From positions 532 to 64,531 of the forward strand of contig CAYFUG010000004.1 of the NCBI GenBank assembly GCA_964346295.1: DNA of 64,000 nucleotides, given 5' to 3'. This stretch comes from an uncultured Bdellovibrionales bacterium. Lineage in GTDB: Bacteria; Patescibacteriota; Minisyncoccia; Moranbacterales; DUUL01. Under the pieces are notes generated by a model. It did not search any database. It saw only the letters and a list, made by a program, of their open reading frames with translations, and was not told the DNA's origin. The position numbers were made by a program, and so were the translations under genes. Positions 37,205 to 45,191 of the stretch are shown in pieces. The first letter of the stretch is position 1. Every line of letters starts with the position of its first letter.

Positions 37205-37489
37205 TTAATCTTCTAGTTCAGTCAAATCAGATTGATTAGAGAATAAGTAAGTTTTCAATTCCTGAGCAAATTCTGAGTCGTTTTGCTCTAGCCAGCCAAT
37301 CAACATCGCAGCGTGCTCTTTTTCTTCCTGGGCGTTGTGTAGTAAGATTTTCCTAAGATTCTCATCCTGACAAGCGTCTGCTCGTTGTTGGTACCAATCT
37401 ACGGCTTCTAATTCTTCTTTGAGGGAGTCGATAGCTCTTTTGAGCTCCAAGGTTTTGGGAGAAACTTTGTTTCTCTCTTCGTGAAGCAT
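37205..37489 (-). CDS. Small ferritin-like (EncFtn-like) four-helix protein
   Basis: EELEAVDWYQQR...NAQEEKEHAAML pattern (E..H metal-binding helices). Assignment is by resemblance only. Confidence 0.5.
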   Translation of the reverse strand: MLHEERNKVSPKTLELKRAIDSLKEELEAVDWYQQRADACQDENLRKILLHNAQEEKEHAAMLIGWLEQNDSEFAQELKTYLFSNQSDLTELED

Positions 37490-37559
37490 AGTATTGAGTT
37501 TAAGGTTTAGGTTAAATCTATTACAATCATAAAAAATTTAAAGGAAAAAGTAAAGCTAA

Positions 37560-38255
37560 TTAGCGATAAAGGTCTAATACTACTAACCAAATCAAAAGAG
37601 CTTCTCGGCTGTAGCGACGAGCGCGGGTGGTAAGCTTAGTCCACCAAGAGTAGTGGGAACGATCGATAGTGCCCAGGCTGTCGACGGCTAACCCTACACC
37701 TACTAGCCCTAATTTTTGACAATGGTAAATAATCCGGGGTAGATGGTAGTGTTGAGAGATAAAAACCACTTCTCTTTGAGAAGAGAATTTATCAATTTCT
37801 GATCGGCAAGTATCAGGGGTGCTAAGAGCCAGAGGATCCAACTCGATTTTATCTTTGGGAATCCCCGCATTTTCAAGTTCTCTGAACATTACTTGGGCCG
37901 CCCGGGGAGCGTTGGAGGCCACCAAGGAATCAGTTTTATTTTCTTCCCAGATAATTTTTCCTGCTGCTAAGCGCTCCTGGAGAATGGGGGAGGGTTTTTG
38001 ATCGGATCCAAGATTAGCTCCAAAAATTAGAGCAGCGTCTGACTTTTGGAGATCTTCAGGAGAGGTGAAAATTTGGTCTCTAGTAATTTGAAGAAGAATC
38101 AAGTAGGGTGACCAAAAAACAGCTAGAGCCAGGATGGCTAGAAGCAGAAACCAGAAAACCTTTTTTTTAAAGCTTCGTGGGGCAGGTTTCGTGGGGAAAT
38201 CTTTGAGGGAGGGACTCTCTGATTGAGAAAAGAGAGGTTGAGGCTTAGTATCCAT
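37560..38255 (-). CDS. DUF218 (SanA/YdcF/ElyC-like) membrane-anchored protein
   Basis: N-terminal TM. ALIFGANLGSDQKPSPILQERL...LVASN...TPDT pattern. Confidence 0.75.
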   Translation of the reverse strand: MDTKPQPLFSQSESPSLKDFPTKPAPRSFKKKVFWFLLLAILALAVFWSPYLILLQITRDQIFTSPEDLQKSDAALIFGANLGSDQKPSPILQERLAAGKIIWEENKTDSLVASNAPRAAQVMFRELENAGIPKDKIELDPLALSTPDTCRSEIDKFSSQREVVFISQHYHLPRIIYHCQKLGLVGVGLAVDSLGTIDRSHYSWWTKLTTRARRYSREALLIWLVVLDLYR

Positions 38256-38586
38256 GTTGAATTGTCATTAGGATGCCCAGGATAACAAATCCCCCTAAGG
38301 CACCAAAGAGGAATGATTCGGCGGGTGAAAGGACTTTATTGAAGTCATAGCCAACAATAATACAAAAGAAGATTAAAAGAAGCGTCATTCCTACAAAAAT
38401 TTGAAAAATGGGGACTGTTCTGTCGTCCATTTTAATAACAATAGGAAGGAAAATCAGGGCATTTAAAAAAGCTCCCACTAGCCAAAGAAAAGCTGAAAAA
38501 TTATCTTCTCCAGTGAGCTTTAGAGTTGCTATCATTAAACAAGCCAGAGGTGGCAATAAAAAAAATATTCTCATTGCTTTAAGCAA
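38245..38586 (-). CDS. Small integral membrane protein (hypothetical)
   Basis: Four hydrophobic segments. Overlaps the downstream gene start by 11 nt. Confidence 0.5.
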   Translation of the reverse strand: MLKAMRIFFLLPPLACLMIATLKLTGEDNFSAFLWLVGAFLNALIFLPIVIKMDDRTVPIFQIFVGMTLLLIFFCIIVGYDFNKVLSPAESFLFGALGGFVILGILMTIQHGY

Positions 38587-39073
38587 AATGGTTTAAAAAA
38601 GGATTTAAGTTACTTGACAATCAATTGAGAAAAAGATAACTTCTAACTTAATTGCTTTTTATTGAGTCCGCTAAGGCAGCGTAACATTTTTTAGGGAATA
38701 AATCTACCCCCTGAGTAAGGAGGACTGGACTTTCTTGGAAAATGTTGTTAATATTGTAGACATAATTTGTCAGACTTCCTTAGGAGGGTAAATTAATTCC
38801 TGTTTAATTTCTTTAATATGCCTTAAATAAGGGTAAATTTAAAAAAGAAATTTTAATTAGGAAATTGATTAAGAGTTTTAATTTTATGTTAATGATCTTA
38901 ATTTAATTTCTCAAAATTTAATTTCTCATCTCAAAAGGGATTAGTTTATTTTTCTGGAAAATCTGAAATTTAATCTACGACTTGAACTCTGCTTGCTGGC
39001 TAGACTTGCAAAATTTAGAGAAGCAGTTTATAATAAAGTTAGAAATGCAGGAGGGTCAAGTTTTAAAAGAGTT

Positions 39074-39868
39074 ATGATGTTAGATGAAGAATTGATTAAA
39101 CTGGGCCTTTCCGAGAAAGAGGCAAAAGTTTACTTGGGGGCAATTCAATTAGGAGCCTCCACTGTCCAAAAAATTTCTCAGAAGTCTCAAGTTAACCGGG
39201 CGACTACTTATGTGATTATCGAGAGTTTAATGCGAATGGGCTTGATGTCTACTTTCGAGGAAGGTAGAAAAACTTTCTATGTTGCAGAGAAGCCTCGTCG
39301 TTTGGTAGAGTTCTATAAAAATAAGAAGACTCGCCTGGATGAGAAGATTGAAAGGTTAAGCGAGATCGTGCCGGAGTTGAATTCTCTTTATAACGATCAT
39401 TCCGACCGACCCAGAGTGAAGTATTATGAGGGCAGTGAGGGTTTATTAGCGATTTATGATGATTTCGAAAGTACTTTATCAGGGGGGCAAGAGATATTAA
39501 TATTTACTCCCATTGATGATTTCAAGAAAATCAAGAAGCCTCAGATGAGTCAAAGGATTGAGAAGTTTAGAGACAAGAGATTGAAAAAAGGAGTGAGAGC
39601 CAGGACTATATATAGCTCTGCGAGCGGAAGGGACGAAATATTTGAAGAAAGTATTAGAAAATTAGGTGAAGAGATCCTATTTTTAGAAAAAGATAAGAGT
39701 GGTCTCAATGGTTTAGACGCGGGTTTAAATGTTTATGGTAATAAGGTTTTCCTTTTTAGTTACCAAGGCAAGAGAGGCGGAGTTTTGATAGAGAGTCAAA
39801 GCGTGGCCAATCTTTTAGGAGGTATATTTGAAATAGTTTGGTCTCATTTGAAATCTTTAAAAAAGTGA
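39074..39868 (+). CDS. TrmB-family transcriptional regulator (paralog 2)
   Basis: LGLSEKEAKVYLGAIQLGASTVQKISQKSQVNRATTYVIIESLMRMGL. Start moved to the ATG preceded by TTGCAA-17-TATAAT. The track start at 38993 is a TTG. Confidence 0.75.
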   Translation: MMLDEELIKLGLSEKEAKVYLGAIQLGASTVQKISQKSQVNRATTYVIIESLMRMGLMSTFEEGRKTFYVAEKPRRLVEFYKNKKTRLDEKIERLSEIVPELNSLYNDHSDRPRVKYYEGSEGLLAIYDDFESTLSGGQEILIFTPIDDFKKIKKPQMSQRIEKFRDKRLKKGVRARTIYSSASGRDEIFEESIRKLGEEILFLEKDKSGLNGLDAGLNVYGNKVFLFSYQGKRGGVLIESQSVANLLGGIFEIVWSHLKSLKK

Positions 39869-40024
39869 ATTTAATTAATATTAATTAATTTAAACGATAT
39901 GGCACCAGGTTTAAAAATGAAAAGAAGGTCAGTCAAGAAAAGGGCTCAGAAGAAATAATTTCTTTGAGAAACTTTTGTCTATAAAATAAAAGCCGGGTTT
40001 TTGGTCTGGTTTTTATTTTAGGTT

Positions 40025-40882
40025 TTGATTTTTATGCATAATCAAGCGAGAGCAATGCAGGATTTTGAAATGCTAAGAGCACTTCAAGTAATTCAGCTCG
40101 ACTTAGGACCAAATCACTTGGTTGATTTGGGTTTTGTTCGAATTGTAATTTGCCCTTATGCGGATAATGAATTTTGGAACTTTGCAGTTTTTCAGGACGA
40201 AATCACATCATCTCAACTGAGGGAATTGGAGCAAAAATTTCAACAATTAGAAGAAGAGGCAGATAAGGACTTTGCTATTTGTGCTTCGGATAATCAGACT
40301 CAGGTTCTAAGACTAGTGAAGAAGACTGGCTACAAGAATATTCTGCACCGGTCGTTTTTTGTTAAAGACCTGGATGGATTTCAGGAAAGGACGCTTGATA
40401 GCCCTTTCGATAGTTTCAGTGAGAAGCTCCGTTTTGAAAAAGTTCAATCTGATCAGGGCTGGGAGGATTTTGTAAAAGTCTTTGATGAAGCTTTTAGGGA
40501 GGAAAATTCTGCCTCTCTTCATCCGGGGCCGATATATCTGGAGGTAATGGAAGAGGTCTGGCGTAAAGATCAGTCCAAGGGAGGCAAGATTGTTAATCAT
40601 CTCGTTTTGTACCAAGAGGGTGAGCCAGTGGCGGTAGCTTCTAATTTTAATTCTTTGCAGCATCGGATGAGTTATATCTCTAATGTAGGAGTGCATCCTA
40701 GGTTCAGAAAAAAGGGATTGGGAGGTCGGATAGTCAATTTTTGTCTGGCCGATTCTCAAGAATTTGGCAATGAGCAGGCAACCTTAGTAACAGAAAACAA
40801 CGCCGGCTTGAGAAGTTTCTATCGAGGATTGGGATTCCAGAATTTATTTGACTTTAGCTATTATGCCAAAAAATCCAATTAA
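40025..40882 (+). CDS. GNAT-family N-acetyltransferase
   Basis: C-terminal VGVHPRFRKKGLGGRIV acetyl-CoA-binding motif. Confidence 0.75.
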   Translation: MIFMHNQARAMQDFEMLRALQVIQLDLGPNHLVDLGFVRIVICPYADNEFWNFAVFQDEITSSQLRELEQKFQQLEEEADKDFAICASDNQTQVLRLVKKTGYKNILHRSFFVKDLDGFQERTLDSPFDSFSEKLRFEKVQSDQGWEDFVKVFDEAFREENSASLHPGPIYLEVMEEVWRKDQSKGGKIVNHLVLYQEGEPVAVASNFNSLQHRMSYISNVGVHPRFRKKGLGGRIVNFCLADSQEFGNEQATLVTENNAGLRSFYRGLGFQNLFDFSYYAKKSN

Positions 40883-42125
40883 AAAGCCTAAGATATTGGT
40901 GGCGCTGAGCGGAGGGGTAGACTCGGCGGTGGCGGCCCTGCTTCTTCTGGAGCAGGGTTTTGAGGTGCAAGGGATTCATTTTTTGCTGAGTAGCGAGAAA
41001 TTGATTAGCGCAGAAAAAGTTCGGTTGATTGCTAATGAATTGGGGGTCGAGCTAGAAGTAAGAGATATTTCTCGGGAGTTTCAAAAAGAGGTGGTGGATA
41101 GTTTTGCTAAAACTTATCAAAAAGGAGCGACGCCTAACCCTTGCGTGATTTGCAACCGGAAGGTAAAATTTAAGCAGTTACTCCAGGCTCGCGAGGAGCT
41201 AGGCTGTGATCTAGTAGCCACCGGACATTACGCACGGATTGCTGCTGGTGAGGGCTCCCTGAAGGCGATCTCCACTCAATCCTCTCAATCTCTCCATCTT
41301 CGCCAGGACTACAGTCGACAGGCTCTACAAAAGGGGGAGACTGAGGGTTTTTTTCTTCAAAAGGCCAAGGATCAGCGCAAGGATCAGTCCTATTTTCTCT
41401 ATCGATTAACCCAGGAGCAGTTGCAATTTTGTCGCTTTCCCTTGGGGGAGCACTTCAAAGATTGGGTCAAGCAGCGGGCTAAAGATTTAAATTTAGGCCT
41501 AGAAAGGCAAGGAGAGTCCCAAGACATTTGTTTTTTTGAGCCAGAGGAAAGCCTGCGAGATTTTCTTGGAAGGCGCTCTAAACAAAACTTTACAGAAGCT
41601 TCAATAATTTCGGACAAAGGTGAGCCTTTGGGGAAATGCGAGGGTTTGGAGTTGTTCACGATTGGCCAGCGCAAGGGCCTAAATCTCAGTGGGGGGCCTT
41701 GGTATGTTTTGAATAGAGATTTCACCAAGCGGCAGCTGGTAGTCACTCGCGATTCGGAAAGCCCGGATTTTTGGCAAAAGGGAATTTTTATCGAGCAAGT
41801 CAACTGGATTAATCAATCTCCTCAGCCGGGAAAATGGTACGACTTGCAAATTCGTTATCAAGGAAAAGTTTATCAAGGGATGCTTGAGAAATTAAAAGAG
41901 GGGCTTCGAGGGCAGGGCGGGGGATATTCCGTCCCCACTCCTACGGGGGTTGCTCAATCCCCCCAGCCCCTCCTCCTTCGCCAGGACTACAGTCGACAGG
42001 CTTTACGAAAGGGGGAGCCTAGCTGGAAGGTTAGCTTGAAGGAGGCGGCCCGGGCGGTAGCAGCGGGGCAATCGTTGGTGGTGTATGAGGGTAGTCAAGT
42101 TTTAGGGGGAGGAATCATCTTCTAG
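40863..42125 (+). CDS. mnmA: tRNA 2-thiouridine(34) synthase MnmA, with two in-frame repeat insertions
   Basis: ILVALSGGVDSAVAA PP-loop, NPCVICN, ATGHYARI, KDQSYFL and ESQDICF motifs. Start at the ATG (MPKNPIKKPK). Confidence 0.9.
   Translation: MPKNPIKKPKILVALSGGVDSAVAALLLLEQGFEVQGIHFLLSSEKLISAEKVRLIANELGVELEVRDISREFQKEVVDSFAKTYQKGATPNPCVICNRKVKFKQLLQAREELGCDLVATGHYARIAAGEGSLKAISTQSSQSLHLRQDYSRQALQKGETEGFFLQKAKDQRKDQSYFLYRLTQEQLQFCRFPLGEHFKDWVKQRAKDLNLGLERQGESQDICFFEPEESLRDFLGRRSKQNFTEASIISDKGEPLGKCEGLELFTIGQRKGLNLSGGPWYVLNRDFTKRQLVVTRDSESPDFWQKGIFIEQVNWINQSPQPGKWYDLQIRYQGKVYQGMLEKLKEGLRGQGGGYSVPTPTGVAQSPQPLLLRQDYSRQALRKGEPSWKVSLKEAARAVAAGQSLVVYEGSQVLGGGIIF
41298..41339 (+). repeat. 42-bp repeat inside mnmA, copy 1
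   Basis: CTTCGCCAGGACTACAGTCGACAGGCTCTACAAAAGGGGGAG, encoding LRQDYSRQALQKGE. Confidence 0.8.
41976..42017 (+). repeat. 42-bp repeat inside mnmA, copy 2
   Basis: 40/42 identical to copy 1, encoding LRQDYSRQALRKGE. Confidence 0.8.
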
Positions 42126-42282
42126 TTAGTAGTTTTTGATTTTTAGTTCTTAGTTAATTTCAGAAGGGAATAATTTTTTGGCGTTGCTAACTAAAAATAC
42201 ACAGCTATTGTCATTCCGACTGAAGCGAAGCGAAATGGAGGAATCTTAGCTGAAAAATAATATAAGATCCCTCGACTCCCTC

Positions 42283-42322
42283 CTTCGCCAAGGCTACGGC
42301 GGGCAAGGCGCTCGGGATGACA
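42283..42322. repeat. Family-A short repeat (intergenic copy)
   Basis: CTTCGCCAAGGCTACGGCGGGCAAGGCGCTCGGGATGACA. A second repeat type, GTCATTCCGACTGAAGCGAAGCGAAATGGAGGAATC, lies at about 42208-42245. Confidence 0.5.
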
Positions 42323-42370
42323 AACTAAGAATTTTAGAAGCTATACTTTATTGGCAATACCAATTTTTTT

Positions 42371-42871
42371 ATGAAGAAGTTTTTTCAACGGCATCGCAAA
42401 TTATTTTTGATCGTATTTGTTTGCTTGGTATTTTTGTGGAGTGGCTGGCAAGTTGCCAAGTGGGGGTTTAGAGAACTAGCACAAAGAGGAATTTTGCAAG
42501 GTGAGCAAGTTCACGCAGTTAGTTTTTTTGTTAACCTCAACGAATTGGAAGTGGCGACCGGTGAAGGAATTGATCGGGGTCAGATCGAAATTTTTTGGAA
42601 CGGCGAGCGGGTTTTTGCTGAAGGTAGAGTTTTGAAGTCGAATTTCAACAAGCGAGAAGTGCGTTATAAATACGGCCCTCAATCGTTTGGGGTCAAGTAC
42701 CGAGGAAAGGAATTAAGCAAGTCAGAGGATATTAAATTTATTGATTACAAAGCTAATAATTGGGATTGTAGCCACTATAAATTTGATATAGTTCAAGAAG
42801 AAAATGGCAAGGTGGCAGCTTATTTTTCTTCTGATTATGGCCACAGTAAAATAAAATTTACCCAAAATTAA
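42371..42871 (+). CDS. Membrane-anchored hypothetical protein
   Basis: ORF with a single N-terminal TM segment. No motif recognised. Confidence 0.55.
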   Translation: MKKFFQRHRKLFLIVFVCLVFLWSGWQVAKWGFRELAQRGILQGEQVHAVSFFVNLNELEVATGEGIDRGQIEIFWNGERVFAEGRVLKSNFNKREVRYKYGPQSFGVKYRGKELSKSEDIKFIDYKANNWDCSHYKFDIVQEENGKVAAYFSSDYGHSKIKFTQN

Positions 42872-43021
42872 TTTGATTTTATGAACGAGTTTTTTGAATT
42901 TTTTATCAAGCGATTGTTATGGGTTTGGATGCCGCTCTATGCACTGTATAGAGTCATTCTTGACTTTATTGAAGAGCGAGAACAGACCTGAGAGTTTTTT
43001 GAGTTGCTTTAATCAAGAAAT

Positions 43022-44218
43022 TTGACTTCAAAGAAAAAAAAACAGACCAGTTTTTTAGGGGACAAGAAGGTGGCTTTAGTCCACGATTTTTTGTTATACT
43101 GGGGGGGAGCGGAGGCCACTTTGCAAGTGTTGGCCAAAATGTTTCCTCAGGCGCCGATTTACACCCTGCTTCAGGATGAGCAGTTTACCAAAAAGCACTT
43201 CAGGGGGCGAGAAATCCGGACCTCGTTTTTACAGAAAATTCCCCGCTGGATCCGCAAAAAACACACTCGCTTATTGCCGCTAATGCCAACCGCCATTGAG
43301 TCGCTCAATTTGCGGGATTATGACTTGGTAATTTCCTCCTCTTCGGCTTTTGCCAAGGGAATTGTGGTGAAGCCTAAGACCACCCATGTTTGCTACATGC
43401 ACGCCCCTATGCGTTATGTCTGGGACTACTATCACCAGTATTTTCAAGAGCGCTTTGGCAATCGAGCTAAAATTTTTACCCGGACTTTTCTCAACTACTT
43501 GCGAACTTGGGATCGAGCCAGTGCCGACCGGGCTGATCATCTGGTTGCCAATTCTCGTTACACTGCTCGGCGAATCGAAAAATATTATCGTAGAGAATCC
43601 ATGGTGATTTATCCCCCAGTGGAGGTGGAAAAATTCGCCCTCAGTCCGGACAAGGCAAATTCCAGTATTTCTTCTAGCTCTGATTTGATAGAGAAGCAAA
43701 ATCAGGCCAGGAGAGGTAGCTATTTTTTGACAACGGGGCGCTTAGCGACTTATAAGCGGGTAGATCTTTTGATTGAGGCTTTTCAGAAGCTCAAGTTGCC
43801 GCTAGTGATAGTGGGTGATGGCCCGGAGCGTAAAAAGCTAGAGAAATTAGCCCAAGGGAACAGCAAGATAAAAATTTTAGGCTGGCAAAGTGAGGAAAAA
43901 TTAATTCGACTTTATCAAAATTCCCGGGCCTTTGTTTGTGCCACCGAAGATGATTTCAATATCACTTGCGTGGAGGCAATGGCAGCCGGAACGCCGGTAA
44001 TTGCCTTAAAAAAGGGCGGCGTGCAGGAAACAGTAATCGAAGGTCAGACGGGAATATTTTTCCAGGAGGCACGGTTGGAGCTAGTGGTGGATGGAGTGCG
44101 GCGGTTTATTGAAAAAGAGGCTGATTTTGACTCGGAGGTGATTCAGGCTCGAGCGAGGGAGTTTTCGAGGGAGAGATTTGAGAAGGAGATGCGAAAGTAC
44201 TTGACTTCCATTTTTTGA
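43022..44218 (+). CDS. Glycosyltransferase family 4 (GT-B, group 1)
   Basis: VALVHDFLLYWGGAE at the N-terminus and EDDFNITCVEAMAAGTPVIALKKGGVQETV (E-x7-E region). The start could be the TTG at 43022 or the GTG at the KKV-ALVH position. Confidence 0.85.
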   Translation: MTSKKKKQTSFLGDKKVALVHDFLLYWGGAEATLQVLAKMFPQAPIYTLLQDEQFTKKHFRGREIRTSFLQKIPRWIRKKHTRLLPLMPTAIESLNLRDYDLVISSSSAFAKGIVVKPKTTHVCYMHAPMRYVWDYYHQYFQERFGNRAKIFTRTFLNYLRTWDRASADRADHLVANSRYTARRIEKYYRRESMVIYPPVEVEKFALSPDKANSSISSSSDLIEKQNQARRGSYFLTTGRLATYKRVDLLIEAFQKLKLPLVIVGDGPERKKLEKLAQGNSKIKILGWQSEEKLIRLYQNSRAFVCATEDDFNITCVEAMAAGTPVIALKKGGVQETVIEGQTGIFFQEARLELVVDGVRRFIEKEADFDSEVIQARAREFSRERFEKEMRKYLTSIF

Positions 44219-44320
44219 AAATTTTGGTGTCAAAATCTCCGCTACTCCCTCACCGTAACTCTCAGTACGCCTCGCTCGCTGCTCGATTTCTCCTAAAAAT
44301 TTCCTAAAAAATGAAAGTCC
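44203..44320. repeat. 118-bp MITE-like palindromic element, family B, overlapping the GT4 stop
   Basis: TIRs GACTTCCATTTTTTGAAAATTTT / AAAATTTCCTAAAAAATGAAAGTCC. Core CTCACCGTAACTCTCAGTACG. Confidence 0.75.
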
Positions 44321-44417
44321 TTAAATATTTCTCGGATAGATGATAACTAGATTAAAATAAGACCCTGGATATTCTTTTTGGAAATTCCGGAATGGCAGGG
44401 TTTTAATTACAATCAAT

Positions 44418-44768
44418 ATGGGGATTCAAGTGGAATTTAATCCGGATTTGGCACTGAGAAATATTCAGCATTTTAATTCGGGGAAGCGCCAAAAAGAAGA
44501 GTGCATCCCAAAGCCTTTAGAAGAGGGTGGAGTCTATAACTTTCTGAAAGAAGGCCAGCGCAATTATTGGCTAGAAGGCGAGTTGCCGCTTTTAGAAACG
44601 GAAGGCGGGGGTCAGCTCTCTCGGCCTCGGGCCAGTATTGTGATTTTAGAGGCGACACACCTTTTAAAAAATGGTAAAATCTATACTAAGGGTAAGTATC
44701 AAGTGAAGAAGATCTTAGAAGAAGGGGAGGGGATTTATTTTGAAGGATTTAGTAAGGTGAGGAGTTAA
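44418..44768 (+). CDS. Hypothetical protein (116 aa)
   Basis: ORF only. Confidence 0.5.
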   Translation: MGIQVEFNPDLALRNIQHFNSGKRQKEECIPKPLEEGGVYNFLKEGQRNYWLEGELPLLETEGGGQLSRPRASIVILEATHLLKNGKIYTKGKYQVKKILEEGEGIYFEGFSKVRS

Positions 44769-44923
44769 TTTTCAAACCCGCTTTCATCTTAGGGCTTCAG
44801 CGAGGCGCAGCAATTTTTAATATTTTAATGATTGAATTTTAAATAAGCAGAGCAGGAAAAACAAAAACAGCCCTTTTAGGGCTGCTTGAAAGCTTATTTT
44901 TATTCTAAATATAGCAAAGCAAT

Positions 44924-44999
44924 AGAAGGGGGAACACTCGTTAAAATGTCTTCTTCTGCTATAATGTCGGTAGACATTTTAACGAGTGTTCCCCCTTCT
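44924..44999. repeat. Perfect 28-bp inverted repeat with a 20-nt loop that contains an extended -10 (TGCTATAAT)
   Basis: AGAAGGGGGAACACTCGTTAAAATGTCT (44924-44951) and its exact reverse complement (44972-44999). TATAAT at 44960-44965. Confidence 0.9.
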
Positions 45000-45191
45000 G
45001 TCAATACCCCTGAAAACAAAATTGTAATTGATAGCAGCAGTGAAATTTGTATTAAAAGTAACAACTTTGAAAGTTTCAGCATAAGTGATTTATTAGAAAA
45101 TATTAAGATTCTGATTAAGCATATTTTAGCATATTCAAGGGAAAAATCAAGGGTAAAAATCGATTCTAAGCGAGTAATTTGTCAAGCAAAG

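Noticed and set aside
44924-44999. Invertible promoter switch (inverton) interpretation of the palindrome around TATAAT.
   Set aside because: The 20-bp segment between the repeats is far too short for recombinase-mediated inversion, and no invertase gene is nearby. It is kept only as a hairpin or operator candidate.
44886-45191. 5' extension of the GT39 ORF and the antisense ORF 44900-45082.
   Set aside because: Both read through the 28-bp perfect palindrome, which is why mirror-image peptides appear on both strands. The TM-rich glycosyltransferase begins sensibly at ATG 45192.
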